From: Lama guanicoe
Lineage: Eukaryota
Direction: 5' to 3'
Assembly: GCA_013239625.1 (NCBI GenBank)
Contig: MU056050.1
Coordinates: 916,084 to 980,083, forward strand
DNA length: 64,000 nucleotides
Of the stretch, positions 50,870-64,000 are shown piece by piece (within the stretch, counting starts at the first letter, position 1; every line of letters starts with the position of its first letter). The translations under genes were made by a program, and so were the position numbers. The notes beneath the pieces were generated by a model. That model saw only the letters and a program-made list of their open reading frames with translations. It was not told the DNA's origin and did no database searches.

Positions 50870-51335
50870 TATATATATGATACTGAGTATCTTTTCATTT
50901 GCCTGTTGGCCGTCTGTATGTCTTCATTTGAGAGATGTCTGTTTGAGTCTTCTGCCCGTTTTTGGATTCAGTTGTTTGTTTTTTTGTTGAGTTTTATGTG
51001 CTGTTTGTATATTTTGATAATTAAGCCCTTGTCAATCACATACTTTGCAAATATTTTCTCCCAGTCTGTAGGTTGTCTTTTCATTTTGTTTATGGTTTCC
51101 TTTGCTGTGGAAAAGCTTATAAGTTTGATTTGGTCTCATTTGTTTATTTTTGTTTTTCTTTCTTTTGACCTAAGGAAACATTGCTGGGATTTATGTCAGA
51201 GAATGTTTTGCCTATGTTCTCTTCTAGGAGTTTTATGATATGGTCTCTTATATTTAAATCTTTTAGCCATTTTGAGCTTATTTTTGTGTATAGTGTGAGG
51301 GAGTGTTGTAACTTCATTGATTTATATGCAGTGGA
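50400..51335 (-). mobile_element. 5'-truncated LINE-1 3' fragment with an internal deletion at a (TA)n tract
   Basis: ORF 51144-51353(-) [24 protein letters not shown]...[15 protein letters not shown]; 3' UTR like the copies at 29.8 and 42.9 kb. Confidence 0.85.
50822..50878. repeat. (TA)n(CA)n(TA)n microsatellite
   Basis: About 20 perfect TA units followed by acacacac and further TA units. Confidence 0.97.
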
Positions 51336-52370
51336 GTAGGTTATACCATGCAAATACTAATCAAAAGAGTTAATATAATGACATACTGCTACCATAAATA
51401 ATCTACAAAGGAATCAAATTATCTAAAGATAGAGTTACTATAACAAAAGTCTGGCTTTCACTAGGAAAGTAATACTAGGGTGTTATATAACAGTTGATTC
51501 TTTAGCCTCAAATTATGTCATGTAAAAATTTATGCAACAGAAGAAGTCCATGCTCATGAGTAGGACATTACAGCACATCTCTCCAAGTTGATAGGTCAAA
51601 ATGTTAAATCAGGAAGAATATAAAAAAAATTTATAGCATGATTAACAAACTTGACCTAGTAGGCATCTATGGAACACTGTATACAACTAATAAAGAGTGC
51701 AGTATTTAAAAATATATGTGAAACATGTAAAAATTGATCATATAAGTTATAATGTAAGTGACTAATTTCAAAGAATTTTTTTCATAGAAAATGTGTTCTC
51801 TGACCTCAGTGCAATTGAACTAGAAATCAGTAGCAAAAAGATAGCTAGAAAAATGTTTGGAAACTTTAGAAAAATTCTAAATTCACAAGTCAAAGAAGAA
51901 ATCTCTGTGGAAACCAGTAAGTATTTTGAATGGAATTGGAAGTAACTTTTTTTATTAAAGATTATGGGAATCAGGTGAAATGGAATTTAGTATATTTTTC
52001 ACCTTAAGTGTATATATTACAGAAGAATATGGGTTGCAAAATTATAATCTTTGGATACCTGTTTAAAATTAGATAAATGCCATTAAAATTATACCATATG
52101 AAGTAGATGGAAGGAAACAATAAGTTGAACAGCAGTATTTAAAGAAAAGGAAAATAATATTTCATTAGAGAAGACCAACATGGTCAGAATTTGGTTTTCA
52201 AAATGCATAATAAATTTCATAAAATGTCATTTATTGAGGAGAATATAGTTAATGCAAAATAACCAATATCTGGAATAAAGTTATGGAGAGAATCACTGAT
52301 GTTGCAGTTGAAAGATTATATATGAGTTTATTTGGAATCAACAAAAGGCCTATAAAGAAGTAGCAAAACA
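51335..52370 (+). mobile_element. Ancient L1ME ORF2 remnant
   Basis: Degenerate endonuclease/linker motifs: ataccatgcaaatactaatcaaaag, tgtgttctctgacctcagtgcaattgaactagaaatca. Confidence 0.55.
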
Positions 52371-52379
52371 TGGTCCATA

Positions 52380-55218
52380 GGAAAACAGCAGAATACACAG
52401 TCTTCTTAAATGCTCATGAATTAGTCTCCAGGACAGACCACATGTTAGGCCACAAAGTAATTGTTTAAAATTTCAGCAGATTGAAATCTTACTTAATATC
52501 TGACCACAATGGAGTAAATTTGAAATCAATAGTAGAAGGCAACCGGGACAATCCACAAATTATGCCCCCTCCTCACAAAAATGCTTCAATAACTAGTGGG
52601 TCAAGGAAGAAATCACAAAGGAAATTAGAAAATATCTTAAGAGAAATGCAAATGAAGATGCAACATACCAAAACTTATGGGATGTGGCAAAAGCAGCACT
52701 AAGAGGGTATTTATAGTTGAAAAGGCTAATGTTAAAAAAGAAATCCTCAATCAGTAATATAGCTTTACACTTGGAAACTAGAAAAAGAACTAAAACCAAA
52801 ATTTAGCTGAGGGAAGGAAATAATAAAGATTTGATCAGCAATAAATGAAATAGATAATTCAAAAACAGATAAAATCAATAAAAGTAAACATTCATTTTTT
52901 GAAAAAGCTAAATTGAGAAACTTTTAGTTAGATTAGTTTTTAAAAGAGAAGACTTATAACTAAATTCAGAAAGAACATTATAACTGATAAATTACAAATG
53001 AAAATGAGTATAATAAACTACTATGAATAATAATATGCTGAAAATTTGGATCACCTAGAAAAAATGGAAACTTCTCCAGAAAAATTCAACCTACCAGGAG
53101 TAAATCAGGAAGAAATAAAAACAGAAATTTGGTTCTGAAGTGAGTTATAACTAATGAAGTGCTGGAATCAGTAACCAAAAACTTCCCAAGGAAGAAAAGC
53201 CCAGGACCAGATGGCTTCACTGGATAATTTAATCAAACATTTAAGTATTAACCAACACCAATTCTCCTCAAACTCTTTTGCAAATGAAGATGAGGAAACA
53301 CTTTCAAAATGATCATATGAGGGTAGCATTACCCTTATATCAAAGCTGGATAAAAATACTATTGAAAAAAAGAGAAAACTACAGGCAAATATTGATGAAA
53401 AAAATTCTCAGCAAAATACTAATAAATAGAACTCAACATTATATTAAAAAGAATTATACACCATAAACAAATAGAACCTATTCCTAGAATGCATGTATGT
53501 TTCAACATGAAAATGGATCAGTGTAAGTAGTGCACATTAATAGAATGAAATACAAAACCAACATGCATATCTCCACTGATGCAGAGAAAACATTAGACAA
53601 ATTCATAATCTTTTCATCATCAAAATACTTAACAAACTAGGAGTTGAAGGGTAAACTACCTCAAAATAATAATGACCATATATTAGAAGCCTACATCTAA
53701 CATTATACTCAGTGGTTAAAAATGGAAAGCTTTTCCTTTTAGATTAAGAACAAAGCAAGGATAAATACAAAATAGAAACAGACTCATAGACATAGAATAC
53801 AAATTTGTGGTTGCCAAGGGGGAGGGTGGTGGGAAGGGACAGAGTGGGAGCTTGAAATTTGTATATACTGACAGACATATGTAGAATAGATCAAGGAGAT
53901 TATACTATATAGCACAGGGAAATATATACAAGATGTTGTGATAGCTCACAGAAAAAAAAAAGTGACAATGAATATATGTGTATGTTCATGTATAACTGAA
54001 AAATTGTGGTCTGCACTGGAATTTGACACAACATTGTAAAATGACTATAACTCAATAAAAAAATATTTAAAAAAAAAAAAAGAACAAATCAAGGATGACC
54101 ACTCTCACCACTTATACTTAAGATAGTACTGGAAGTCCTAGCCAGAGTATTTAGGTAAGAAAAACAACCAAAAAAGCATCCACTTTGGAATAGAAGAAAT
54201 ATCTTTGTAGGTGATATGAGTTTTTTGTATGTATAAAATCCCCAAGATTCCACAAAAAATCCCTTCTATTACTAATAAACAAATTCATTAGTTTTCAGGA
54301 TATGAATCAACTCCAAAATCTGGTTACATTTCTATACACTAATAATGAACCATTCAAGAAAGAAATTAAGAAAATGATCCCATTTATAGTAGGCTCAAAA
54401 AGAATGAAATACCTGGAAATAATCTTAACCAATAAAGTGAAAGACTTGTATAACTGAAAAATTGCTTAAAGAAATTAAAGGAGATAAAAACTATGGTGAG
54501 AAATCCTGTGTTCATTTATAGATTGGAGGACTTGATAATCTTAAAATATCCATACTATCCAAAACAATTTAAAGATTAAATGTAATCTCTCTCAAAATCC
54601 CAGTGGATTTTTTTTTTTTGCAGAAATAGAATATTTCATCCTAAAATTCATGTGGAATCTCAGAGGACCTGAAGTAGTCAGAAGAATCATGAAAAAAAGA
54701 ACAAGGTTGGAGGCTTCATAATTCCTGGTTTTAATCATAGTATAAAGCTACAGTAATCAAATCAATGTGGTACTTTGGTAAAGACAGATATAGAACAATG
54801 AACAGAATTGGGAGACCAGAATAAACACTCTTGTATTTGATCAAATGGCCTTGTACCAGGGTGCCAAGATCACACAATGAAGACACTGTCCTTGGCCCAA
54901 AAGTCTCTGTTGGGAAAACTGGATATGCACATCCAAAAAAATGAAATTTGATCCTTTTCTTACACCAAATACAAAAATTAACTTGAAATGGATTAAAGAT
55001 CTAAACATAAGACTTAAAACTATAAAACTGTTAGAAGAAAACCTAGGGGAAAAGCCTCATGACATTGGATATGAATATGATTTCTTGGATATGACACAAA
55101 AAGCACAGGCAACGATAACAAGAATAGATAAATGGAACTTCATCAAGCTGAAGAACTTCTGCACATTGATGTGAACAGTTAGCAGAGTAGGAGACATCAT
55201 ATCGAATGAAAAATGGGA
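52380..55218 (+). mobile_element. LINE-1 ORF2 fragment (end of endonuclease through RT), decayed
   Basis: tctccaggacagaccacatgttaggccacaa; aaaagcccaggaccagatggcttcactgg (KSPGPDGFT); ORF 54941-55174 [37 protein letters not shown]. Confidence 0.85.
53763..54079 (+). mobile_element. Young, severely 5'-truncated LINE-1 (3' UTR + poly(A)) nested in the older L1
   Basis: AATAAA plus A tail; 17-bp TSD aagaacaaagcaaggat (53746-53762) / aagaacaaatcaaggat (54080-54096) at a TT/AAGA endonuclease site; same 3' UTR type as 36985-37290. Confidence 0.92.
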
Positions 55219-55219
55219 G

Positions 55220-55640
55220 CAATAATCCCTATGTCTACCAATAGTATTCTGGACAAATGATTCATGGCCTATTCATATTCTATAATACTCTCCAGTAAAG
55301 AAAATGGTTAACTACTCTTACCTACAACAGTGAGAATGTATTTCACACATACAGTATTAGGCAAGCAAGTCACAACAAATATATACAGTATTATTCCAGT
55401 ATAAGTTTTAGGATCTAAAAATACTATAGTTTTTAGGAATGAATGTATATATAGTAAATTACAAAGAAAATAAAATCTGATGATCATATGAATGAAGGTA
55501 TTCGTTGCCTCTCCAAGGAGGGTCTGGGAGAGGAAATTGGAAGGGAGCTTTTTAGTGTACTAGCAAAATTTTATTGCTTGTTCCAGATGGTGGTAAGATA
55601 GGCATTTGCTGTTAAGTTACTTTTAAGATGTACATATTTT
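55220..55640 (+). mobile_element. Old L1ME 3' end
   Basis: Degenerate KQPKCP-region and 3' UTR motifs (caacagtgagaatgtatttcacacatacagtatt). Confidence 0.5.
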
Positions 55641-56744
55641 TCTCTTTTGTTTGGATTACATTGATTGCTCACAATAGGAAAAAAGAACATTTTTCTCAAT
55701 TGCCTATTTCCTTTAGAGTCATTTGTTCTTTGTGTTTTTTGTCCTTTTTTATGGTGTTGCTTTTCATTATGATCTAATGAATTTGGTTGTTCATTCATAC
55801 ATATATATGAATATCTAGATTCAATAGTTTAGATAAACATCATAAGTTTTCTCTGCAGTTATATAGATTTATTTCTTCAAAAGACTATTTTTTGAATGGG
55901 ATGCTTGATCACAAAGTTTATATAAGTGAATAATATATTTAGTATCTCATATTGGTAACCTCTTCTTCCACCTTCCTATTCCTCCCTACTCTTCCTCCCC
56001 ATGTGCACACTATTCCACCCCCTTCTTCCCTCTTCTAGTCTTCTTTCTGGCTTCCATTACAGTACACTCTCCTGCTCTTTCTTCTTCTTTTTCCATTCAT
56101 TTCTTCTCTTTTTATTTGTTCCTCCTTTTCTTGTCACTGGAGTATAGGTATTTCCCAGTTTTTACCCCTAAATCTCTGTTCTTTATTCAATTTTCACAAA
56201 TTTAACTAAGGTCCAAAATCAGTTGGACTCCAAAATCTTTAGCTCTAGCTTCAATTTTATTTCTGAACTCTGGGGAACCAGAGGACAAATACCCTGAGAT
56301 TATTTGTGGACCATTAATTTATTTATACAATTATTCAGCATAGGTTAGGTTATATGTACTGCATAAGCGCTATTTGGGAAGGCAAAGATTAACACCAATA
56401 AGTTCAATCAAGTGCTGTAGGTTCTAAGTTACTGATTTGTGCTGAAACATTGCAGTAGACTACAAAACTGGTAGGGGATTCCTTCTGGGCAGGTGAGATG
56501 TCAGGAAGACTTAGAAAGTTACGCATGATCTGAGTGTTGAAAGTTGAGTATTAATAAGAAAAAAAGAAAACAGTGTAAACTAAGAAAATAGGAAAAAAAT
56601 TAGATGAGCAAAGCTGAAAGCCCATAAAAGATGTGAAAATCTTTTGTATGAATTAATGATCAATAGGGTAATTAATTAAAGCAATGATATCATACAAAAC
56701 CCCTTTGATTGGAAAATATTAAGAAGTCTGATGAGCTAAATATA

Positions 56745-57310
56745 TTCAGTTTGACCCATCTGAATGTACTCTTTCTGCTTAATGAATCTGACCTCTGTGG
56801 ACTACAACACAGGTCTTCTTGTCCTACATCTTCTCATTGAATTTAGCAGAATATCAGAGAGTCGGGTAGGGGTAGGGGGATAATGTCAGGGAAATTATAT
56901 TCTTGGTTCCCTCCCTGTGAGATTGCTTATAGGCAGTTTCATCACTTGAAAGAGAGACCAAAAATTCTCTCAAGACAGCTTTGTCTCTCTCTATTTTTTT
57001 CCTTCTAATTCCCTGTTACTACTCCCCCTGGTAACCATTTGGAATGTAGGGATGGCAACATTCCTGGGATACTGCACTATCCCTTTTGTTTATGCCACGC
57101 TTAATTTTGTAAATAATTCCCTATATTCTAATTTAGCTGTGCCCTGTGCTTTTTGCTTGGTCCCTGACTGAGAGTAATTGATACTGGAAGTGAATCCAGG
57201 AAACACTCCCAAAGTTAGATTCTGGAGTTGAATTATTCTCATATTCGAGGAATGGAGGAATAATTTCTTTGCTGAGGAGAAATGGTACCTGGGTAATGTT
57301 TGGTAGTGGC
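56745..57310 (+). mobile_element. ERVL LTR33-like LTR followed by the start of internal sequence
   Basis: ctgacctctgtggactaca, ggttccctccctgtga, gatactgcactatccctt, LTR end ttgcttggtccctgactga, then aattgatactggaagtgaatccaggaaaca. Confidence 0.65.
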
Positions 57311-57329
57311 ACCACAAATATGCAAAATG

Positions 57330-57688
57330 TCTCTATTACCTTATATGAATAACATAGATGGCGGCTAAATTTTTCTGTTATAGATCAGAGTATAATCACA
57401 CTTACATCACACCACTATTCTTCATGTAGGTGATGGGACTTTATGTGTTCTGTGTTGGGACACACACATTTTCCATCCATGGTAAAGGATAAGAACATGT
57501 ATAGATTAGTTATTATTATTATTGAAATAATATGTTAAAAATTTTATCAGCTTTAATTTCTAACATGGTAAATATAAATAAGCACAAGCTTTGCCTAATC
57601 CCACATTAGCAAAAGTTCTTTAAGGTCCTCAATAATTTTAAATAATGTTAAAGACTTCTTGCATCTACAAAGTTTGAAAACCACTGGT
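57330..57688 (+). mobile_element. hAT-Charlie1-like DNA transposon end
   Basis: cagctttaatttctaacatggtaaat ... ggtcctcaataatttta ... aagtttgaaaaccactg. Confidence 0.5.
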
Positions 57689-57983
57689 GTAAGAGAAATG
57701 CTTCAGAAAGTTAGCAGCAAAGAGTTTTTTTTAGAGTAATAATGTTTTTAGCATGTTTGTTTTCTACACATTTTCCTGACATATATTAATCTATTGATAT
57801 CTTCTGAGTGATAGTAATTTTTTTCTTAAAATTTCTTTCCTCAAAAGCAGTGAAGTTATTTCAGTATATTCAATATGTTTTATATTTTTAAGTATGTCAA
57901 ACTTTGATTAAAACCACTGGTGAGATCCCCTACTTATCAAAGAATGTTAGAGTTGGAATGTTAGAGTTAGAAATTATCTAGTG

Positions 57984-58170
57984 CAGTGATCATTAAACAT
58001 TGTCTACAGACCTGTGTTTAAATTGCTCCAGGAGCCTTAGAGATTCTTCGGTCCTAACCCTGGGGATTTTGATTCAGTAGGTTGTGGGGGTGGGATGTGG
58101 GGCAGAAATCTGTTATTTAGAAAAACTCTCCCAAATTATTTTGATGCCTAGTTAGTTCTGAAATTAATAA
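57984..58170. mobile_element. hAT-Charlie MITE (MER5-like)
   Basis: gattttgattcagtaggttgtgggg ... gaaatctgttatttagaaaaactctcccaaattattttgatgc. Confidence 0.6.
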
Positions 58171-58199
58171 TCTGGTCCAAGTCTGTCTAGTTTCCTTGG

Positions 58200-58412
58200 C
58201 AGGGTTTGGAAAACTATGGCCAGTGGGCCACATCCTGCCCAGCACCTGTTTTTGTAAATAAAATTTTATTGAAACACAGCCATACCTGTTTGCTTATGCA
58301 CTGTCTGTCAGTGCTTCTGTACCACGGCAGCTGAATTGAGTAGTTACAACAGTGACTGGTCGACAAAACATACTTAGTATCTGGTCTTTTATGGAAAAAG
58401 TGTGCTGACCTA
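58200..58412. mobile_element. hAT-Charlie MITE MER58A
   Basis: cagggtttggaaaactatggcc ... cctgtttttgtaaataaaattttattgaaacacagccat ... aaaaagtgtgctgacc. Confidence 0.85.
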
Positions 58413-58884
58413 TGTGATAGAAGAGAAACAATAAATTTAGAAGTTACAAAGGTCTTTCATTTGTTAGTTAGTAGCAGAATTCAGACTAGAAATCGGGTCC
58501 CTTAATACTTGTCTATTGTACCTTTCACCATACATCATACTTTCCTCAACATTGAAAGCATGTTAAAGGTAATTATTTGTGTTGCTGGTAAATTTACGAT
58601 ACAATTCTGTTAAATATTAAGAAAACTGCCATAGTGCATTTAAATTAGAGTTTGATTTGGAAGAATTAGTTTACGAGTCAACCTTTTACAGCCTAAAGTT
58701 GTTACAGTGAGACAAAAGGGCCCAAAGATCTTTTGCTTCCAACCTTATAGCCATGAGTCAAGTGGCAGGACTCAGGTTTTCTTTTTAACTGCTAATTTAA
58801 AGTGGTCAAGCAATTATAATTGCTGCCACTTATTTTTTGCTATTATATGGCAAGTAGTGGAAACTTTGTATACATAATCACAAC

Positions 58885-59037
58885 AGTTTTTAAATTTTCT
58901 TTTGGATTCCTTGTCTACCCAAATGGTTTTAAGAGCCGCTCTGTGTTTATCTGTTGTATAAGTTGGGCTTCCGCATAAAGCTTTAGTTTGAAGAAAAAGT
59001 TTCTGGGGATAAAAAAATAAATATTTTCAAATCACTG
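58885..59037 (+). mobile_element. MER103C-like MITE fragment
   Basis: agagccgctctgtgtttatctgttgtataagttgggcttccgcataa ... ttttcaaatcactg. Confidence 0.55.
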
Positions 59038-59889
59038 CATTATCTCATTTACTTATTATAATCTCTCCATGAATTTAGTACTATGTTAATTTTAGAGATG
59101 AGGAAATTGTTAGCTGTGCCTTTGAGTCTTAAACAAAAGATGGAATTTGAACTCAGTGTGGTAGACTTGAAAGGTTGTGTTAGTTACTAATATGTCACTA
59201 CCAAACAGAAGTAATGCAGTTATACAGAAGTCTTATGAGTTGTCTTAGGTTAGGGAAGATGATTGAAGGAAGATATTGATCTTTTCAAGAATAAGATGAG
59301 AAATGAAGAAATGGAATGCTTTACTTTGATAGCTCATCATCATCTTTACAAATCTCCCTTTGTGGATGAATCTAAGGTAATTTAAATTCATTTTTCCTGT
59401 TGGTCATCATCCATTTGTTTCTCTAAGTGAGACAAAGGAGATTAGGTCTCAGGCCCTACCTGCCTGAGAAAAACGCAGTTATGGTATGATTGTGCAGAGT
59501 TTGGTAGATTGCCTTTACAAAGAATAATTCAGCCTTGTCACATGTTTGTTGAAGCCAAGATTCTGTTTTCAGGAGTTTGGCCAGGTATCTGTCAGTTGAA
59601 CTTGTTTGATGTGAGGAGTTTCTGCTTGCTGGAAGGCCCAAGTTTAAATCCTTTTCTTTATGCTTTACCTTTTAAAGACATGGACCACAGCTCTCATCCA
59701 AATCATCTCACTTAATCCAGTAGTGTATGTTGACGTATTTATTTCTGTTCTATAAAGATTCTAGTACTCTCTGGGTCACAAAGGAAATAAAGTGTATGAC
59801 ACTCTTACTATTCACTCTAATTACTTGGAAAACAACACCTTCATATTTAAAAGATTGAAGCTATTGATCACAGTTTAAGTTTGTGTAGC

Positions 59890-60340
59890 CAAATGGAATG
59901 AGGATGAGCTTTGGTGTTTGAGAGGTGTGCATCAAAACATTATTTGTACCATTGATTAGTAGTGTGATCTTTTGTTAGTTACTTTAGTGCTCTGTCTCAA
60001 TTTTCTTTTGTGTAAAATGGGGATAATAATTACAGCTCTCTGATATATGTATGTGTGCATGTTTGTGTGAATGTATATCCACAATATGTACATTTATCAT
60101 TTTATACTTTAAAAAGTGACTATACATATGTTGAGATATATATAGAGTTCTATCTGTATATAGCCATATTATGAGGTAGATGTTATATATCATTATCTAT
60201 GTATCATATATATATATATAGTGAGAAAATAGCTATAAAGTACCTAGAACTGTGATAACATGAATTAATTTATGTAAAAGTTAGAAAATCAAGTTAGAAA
60301 GGTACCTAGTAAGTGCCCAAGAAATATTATTTCTGTTATT
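59890..60340 (+). mobile_element. MIR SINE interrupted by TA-rich low-complexity sequence
   Basis: tgtgatcttttgttagttactttagtgctctgtctcaattttcttttgtgtaaaatggggataata core; tail at 60250-60340. Confidence 0.5.
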
Positions 60341-62039
60341 ATTAGAAAATAGGTAGTATTTAATAAACATCTGGGATTTTGAAAGAACATTCCTTACTTC
60401 AACTGTAACAAATAGTATAGCCTTTTATTTAGTTATTTAAGGGAAGCTTATTAATTTTTTAAAGAATAGAAAAAAGTAGGAAGTTTAGAATACATTTAAA
60501 TATATTTATAGTCTTAATTTTTTTTCCTCATACATGAATATCTGTTCTCTTCTCTCAACCATCTACCTCACCTTTCTTGTTTTGTTTAGCCACTGATAGT
60601 AACGAGGAAACTAATCAAATCATTTCACATTGAAAGTAGTATATTTGGTTCTTCCATAGAAACATTACTAGTTTTAATAGTATATGGAAGTATCCTAAAA
60701 TCTTGTTGATGCAAACATTTATTTTTAACTTTCTAACATTTTTTAGTTTGCTGTATTTTGTTGAAATTTTTGGCCAAAAAATAGGAAAAAAACTAATATG
60801 TAGAAACGGTTTCCTTAGTGCTTATTGCTTTTAACAAGCATTAACTTTGTTGTAGAAACACTTTGCATTTGTCAATGATACTTAAAAGGAAAATGTTGCT
60901 ATTTTGAATATGATTTAGGACATTCTGCTATAATCACAGTCACCAGGTTTCCTCAAAAAAATTAGGAAAGAAATAAAAAAAACCCTGGATAAATAGAAAC
61001 AGCTGTCTTATTCAACAATGGCTGAAACAAAAGCTTTATAAAAAAATTCACTTGGCATGTTATACCCCTAGTATTAGGATACATAATGTTTGAATTTCTT
61101 TCTTTGTGTATCTTTTGTGCAGTTGAAATAATACATTTGCATGTCAGTGGAAGAAAGCAAAATTATATTCTAAGGTTCATGAAAAGGAATTACTGATTGG
61201 CTCTTCAATCGGGCAAACACCATCTGAACCACTTTCTCTATTTTCAGCTTCAACATTAACTGAAACCTTCTCTTCATTGAAAATAATGTTTGTTGTGTGA
61301 CATTCTAAGTTAGTCTGACTATTAAATCATAGTCCATAAGGAAAGATATTTTAACAGTTGGTCTTTTGGTCATCCCTCTTTATCAGGTTGACTCTTAAAC
61401 AAATTTGGAAGTAATGCAAAGGTTTTCTTTAGCACTGCTGCTCCTTTATGCAGTATGCCCAGTGCCCTCAGCGGGTGATGGTAGTTCTGACTTTGGTTGC
61501 TGTTCACTCATGCCCTTTTAATTCAGTGACCTGTTCTCTTCTCTCCCTCCTAACCTTCATAGATAACATACTTATCTTGTATCTTCTTCAAGATACAATC
61601 TCAAGTAGTTACATTGGCTAGGCAGCTTACAAATCAAATGGGTCACATAGGGATTGTAAACAAAAGGAAACCCTATGCCACTTCTAATGGGGACAACAGA
61701 TGATAGGAATATTGCTCCTATATTGATTAATCTTTTGATCTATCCTCTGACTTCTCATGAAAAGTTAGACATACAGTTTCTTCTTTTTTTTTAATGTAAT
61801 CTCCTGGTTTTTCAATAGCAGCAACCAATTTTTTAAAGAATGTTCTGGATTACACTGTATGCTCATCCATGGGCTACGTGTAACTTGAAAAGTGAGCAGT
61901 TTGCCACCTTTGTTTTAGTGTCTTACTTTGTGCTTTTGGGTGATAATGGCTTAATATAAATAATTGTAATTTGCCATTTTAATTTGTAGTTCATATCTTC
62001 ATTACTTCTTCATCTCTCTATTCAGGTGCACATTCCTGA

Positions 62040-62330
62040 AATATTTACTATGTAAATAAATGACGTAGTAGACTTTATTACTGTTCTAGGCGACGGAAAT
62101 GCAGTATGATTGGTCTCTTTTGCCCAGGATCTAAGAGTTTATATGAGAGTCAGATTATAAACAATCATGATGCAGGATTATAAATGGCATGAGAGAGGGA
62201 GGTACAGTGTATAATGGTGACACGGAAGAGAGATACGTAACTTTCTCAGGTAATACAATCTTAACTTAAATGAACTAGCAGTTCACTGAAAGGAGATGGT
62301 AATGGCAGAGTGTTCAGGAAACCTGATATG
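62040..62330 (-). mobile_element. LINE-2 3' end, decayed
   Basis: ctgttctaggcgacggaaatgcagtatga ... ggtacagtgtataatgg. Confidence 0.5.
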
Positions 62331-63419
62331 CTGGTGGGGGAGAGATTTGTGGGAAGATGGGCCTCTCAATTCCACCTAAATAGAGCATCTTTGTCATTTG
62401 ACAATTGAAAAAGATGATGCCTTCATTTTATCCTTTGACATCTATTCAGTGTTATTTCTAAAGTGAAATGCTCAGAAGAGTCAATAGACTGTTCCCTTTT
62501 TATATTGCTTTGACTAGGTGTCAGCAATTCCAACCATATCAGATCATTTATTACTCTGAGAAAATCCCTTGACAAACTCAGAGATTAATTTATTGTTGGT
62601 GAGCTACTCAGGAGATATTTCTACTTCTTCCCATAATAGAGAGACATGCTCACAGTTCAGGCCAGGTTTGTTATTATGGCTTTGTATGAAATATAAGCAT
62701 CTAAGAGAAGGGAATCAAAGCAAAATCTTGACTTGGTTTCAAATCAAAACCAAATCTCCATGCACTGTCAAAATCCTGGGCTTGCTTTATTGCAAGGGCA
62801 GTTCATGCAGAGAAAAGATAAGAGTGCCCAGTAAACAAGTAGCTTTTGGATAGCAGATAAAACTGCAAAATGAAAGCACTTGACTGATGGATGGAAAATG
62901 TTATTTGTCTGCCTTGAGTTGATATTATATTTTATGGGAAGTGAGGTAATACCTGTCTTGCAAGATTTACTAAGGTGAGAACAGACAAATTTCTTAAATT
63001 GTCCATTTGGCAATGAGTTTATATAACTTTAAGGTAAAATTAGTATTCTGTTCTGTCATTCCTAAAGAAAACTCCAGAAGCTTCTAACAGCAATATTTAT
63101 TGGAGGTTGGAAATGGGATAAATATTTCCTTTACAAGCCAGAAGAAGCTATAGAACATGCAGAAAGCGCAACTTCTTAGGTATTCCATGAGTAAAAGCTC
63201 TTTGTATCCACAAAGTCCTCTGCAGAGCAGGTTACATTAACTTAATTTTTAAGGCTCAGAACTCTTCAAAGGAATATTACTTTAAAAAGTAAATTATATA
63301 TTTTTTAATTTTCCCACTTTCACCTGCCAATCAACTATTTCAAACTTACAGGAGAATTCACTGTTTCTCCTCTTGGGCTAACCCTCAGCTATAATCTCAA
63401 GGTATTTGGGGACCTCCAT

Positions 63420-63635
63420 GTTATGAGCATTGGATCTGAAACATGATACTTGACTGTTGGATGTATTTGAATGTTGTCCCTGCTACCTGATAATTATAAG
63501 GACTTGGACTTATTGTTGAACTTCCCTGTACCTCAGTTTACTCATTTAAAAAATAGAGATAATAATCCTTACCTCATTATTTGTTCGTGAGACTGAGATA
63601 TTGATACCTTGAACATGGTAAATGTGCAGTTAATA
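63420..63635 (+). mobile_element. MIR SINE
   Basis: gaacttccctgtacctcagtttactcatttaaaaaatagagataataatccttacctca. Confidence 0.6.
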
Positions 63636-64000
63636 TTAATCACATTCCTGCCTTCGCAGGTTTCTTCTCCTTACGTTTGGTATTCCTGGAAAGCTCTGAG
63701 TTGAAAACTTTTCTTTGTATATAAGTGTAAGCTGCTAATTTCCATTATAAGTTTCAGCATGTTCAATCAGAGCAAGGGTATTTTTCACCAGAAACTCCAT
63801 GTGTCTAATTTCCCCTATATACTTGAGTTTGAAGACTTGCCTGCAGGGGTAAGGGATTTTTTATTTTAAGTTCAGGCTCTCCTTAGCTAGGAATCCTCAT
63901 GCAGAGAAAGCTCCTACTGAGTACAAAGGGTCCTTTGCCTAAAAAAGAACTGTAGGACTTGGCCTACTGTGTATAGATATTTATTCCTTATTCAACAGAG

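Noticed and set aside
17783..51335. Minus-strand excess of L1s as evidence for a + strand host gene
   Set aside because: Several large + strand L1s are also present in the window and no host exon was identified, so the bias is not sufficient evidence.
55955..56135. Pyrimidine-rich tract (possible triplex DNA)
   Set aside because: No clear mirror symmetry; consistent with low-complexity or decayed L2 sequence.
59573..59584. Possible 12-nt microexon (ttttcAG GAGTTTGGCCAG GTatct)
   Set aside because: Short polypyrimidine tract and weak donor; indistinguishable from chance without RNA data.
1..64000. Prokaryotic-type systems (CRISPR arrays, operons), tRNA/rRNA genes, or an intact autonomous L1
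   Set aside because: The sequence is mammalian repeat-rich DNA with no regularly spaced repeats or recognisable structured RNA genes, and every ORF2 is fragmented.

Overview
AT-rich placental-mammal genomic DNA, intronic or intergenic. It is most likely cetartiodactyl; the youngest L1 3' ends resemble camelid L1s, which is recognition from memory and not a search result. I recognise no host protein-coding exon, tRNA, rRNA or CRISPR array. The ORF track is mostly decayed LINE-1 ORF1/ORF2 pieces, their antisense shadows, or chance ORFs. Much of the window is interspersed repeats: LINE-1s of several ages (often nested), LINE-2, MIR, ERVL/MaLR LTRs (MLT1, MLT2, LTR33-like), Tigger MITEs (MER2, MER8) and hAT-Charlie MITEs (MER58A, MER103C, MER5, Charlie1-like). 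The most striking pattern is four L1 copies that keep a 5' UTR, a 3' end and flanking target-site duplications (TSDs) yet lack kilobases of internal coding sequence. One is a young, CpG-rich, ORF1-only (half-L1-like) element with a nearly intact ORF1. There is also a short non-L1 polyadenylated retro-insertion with a 15-bp TSD at about 33.1-33.4 kb. Subfamily names come from my memory of consensus sequences, and boundaries are approximate unless a TSD is quoted.
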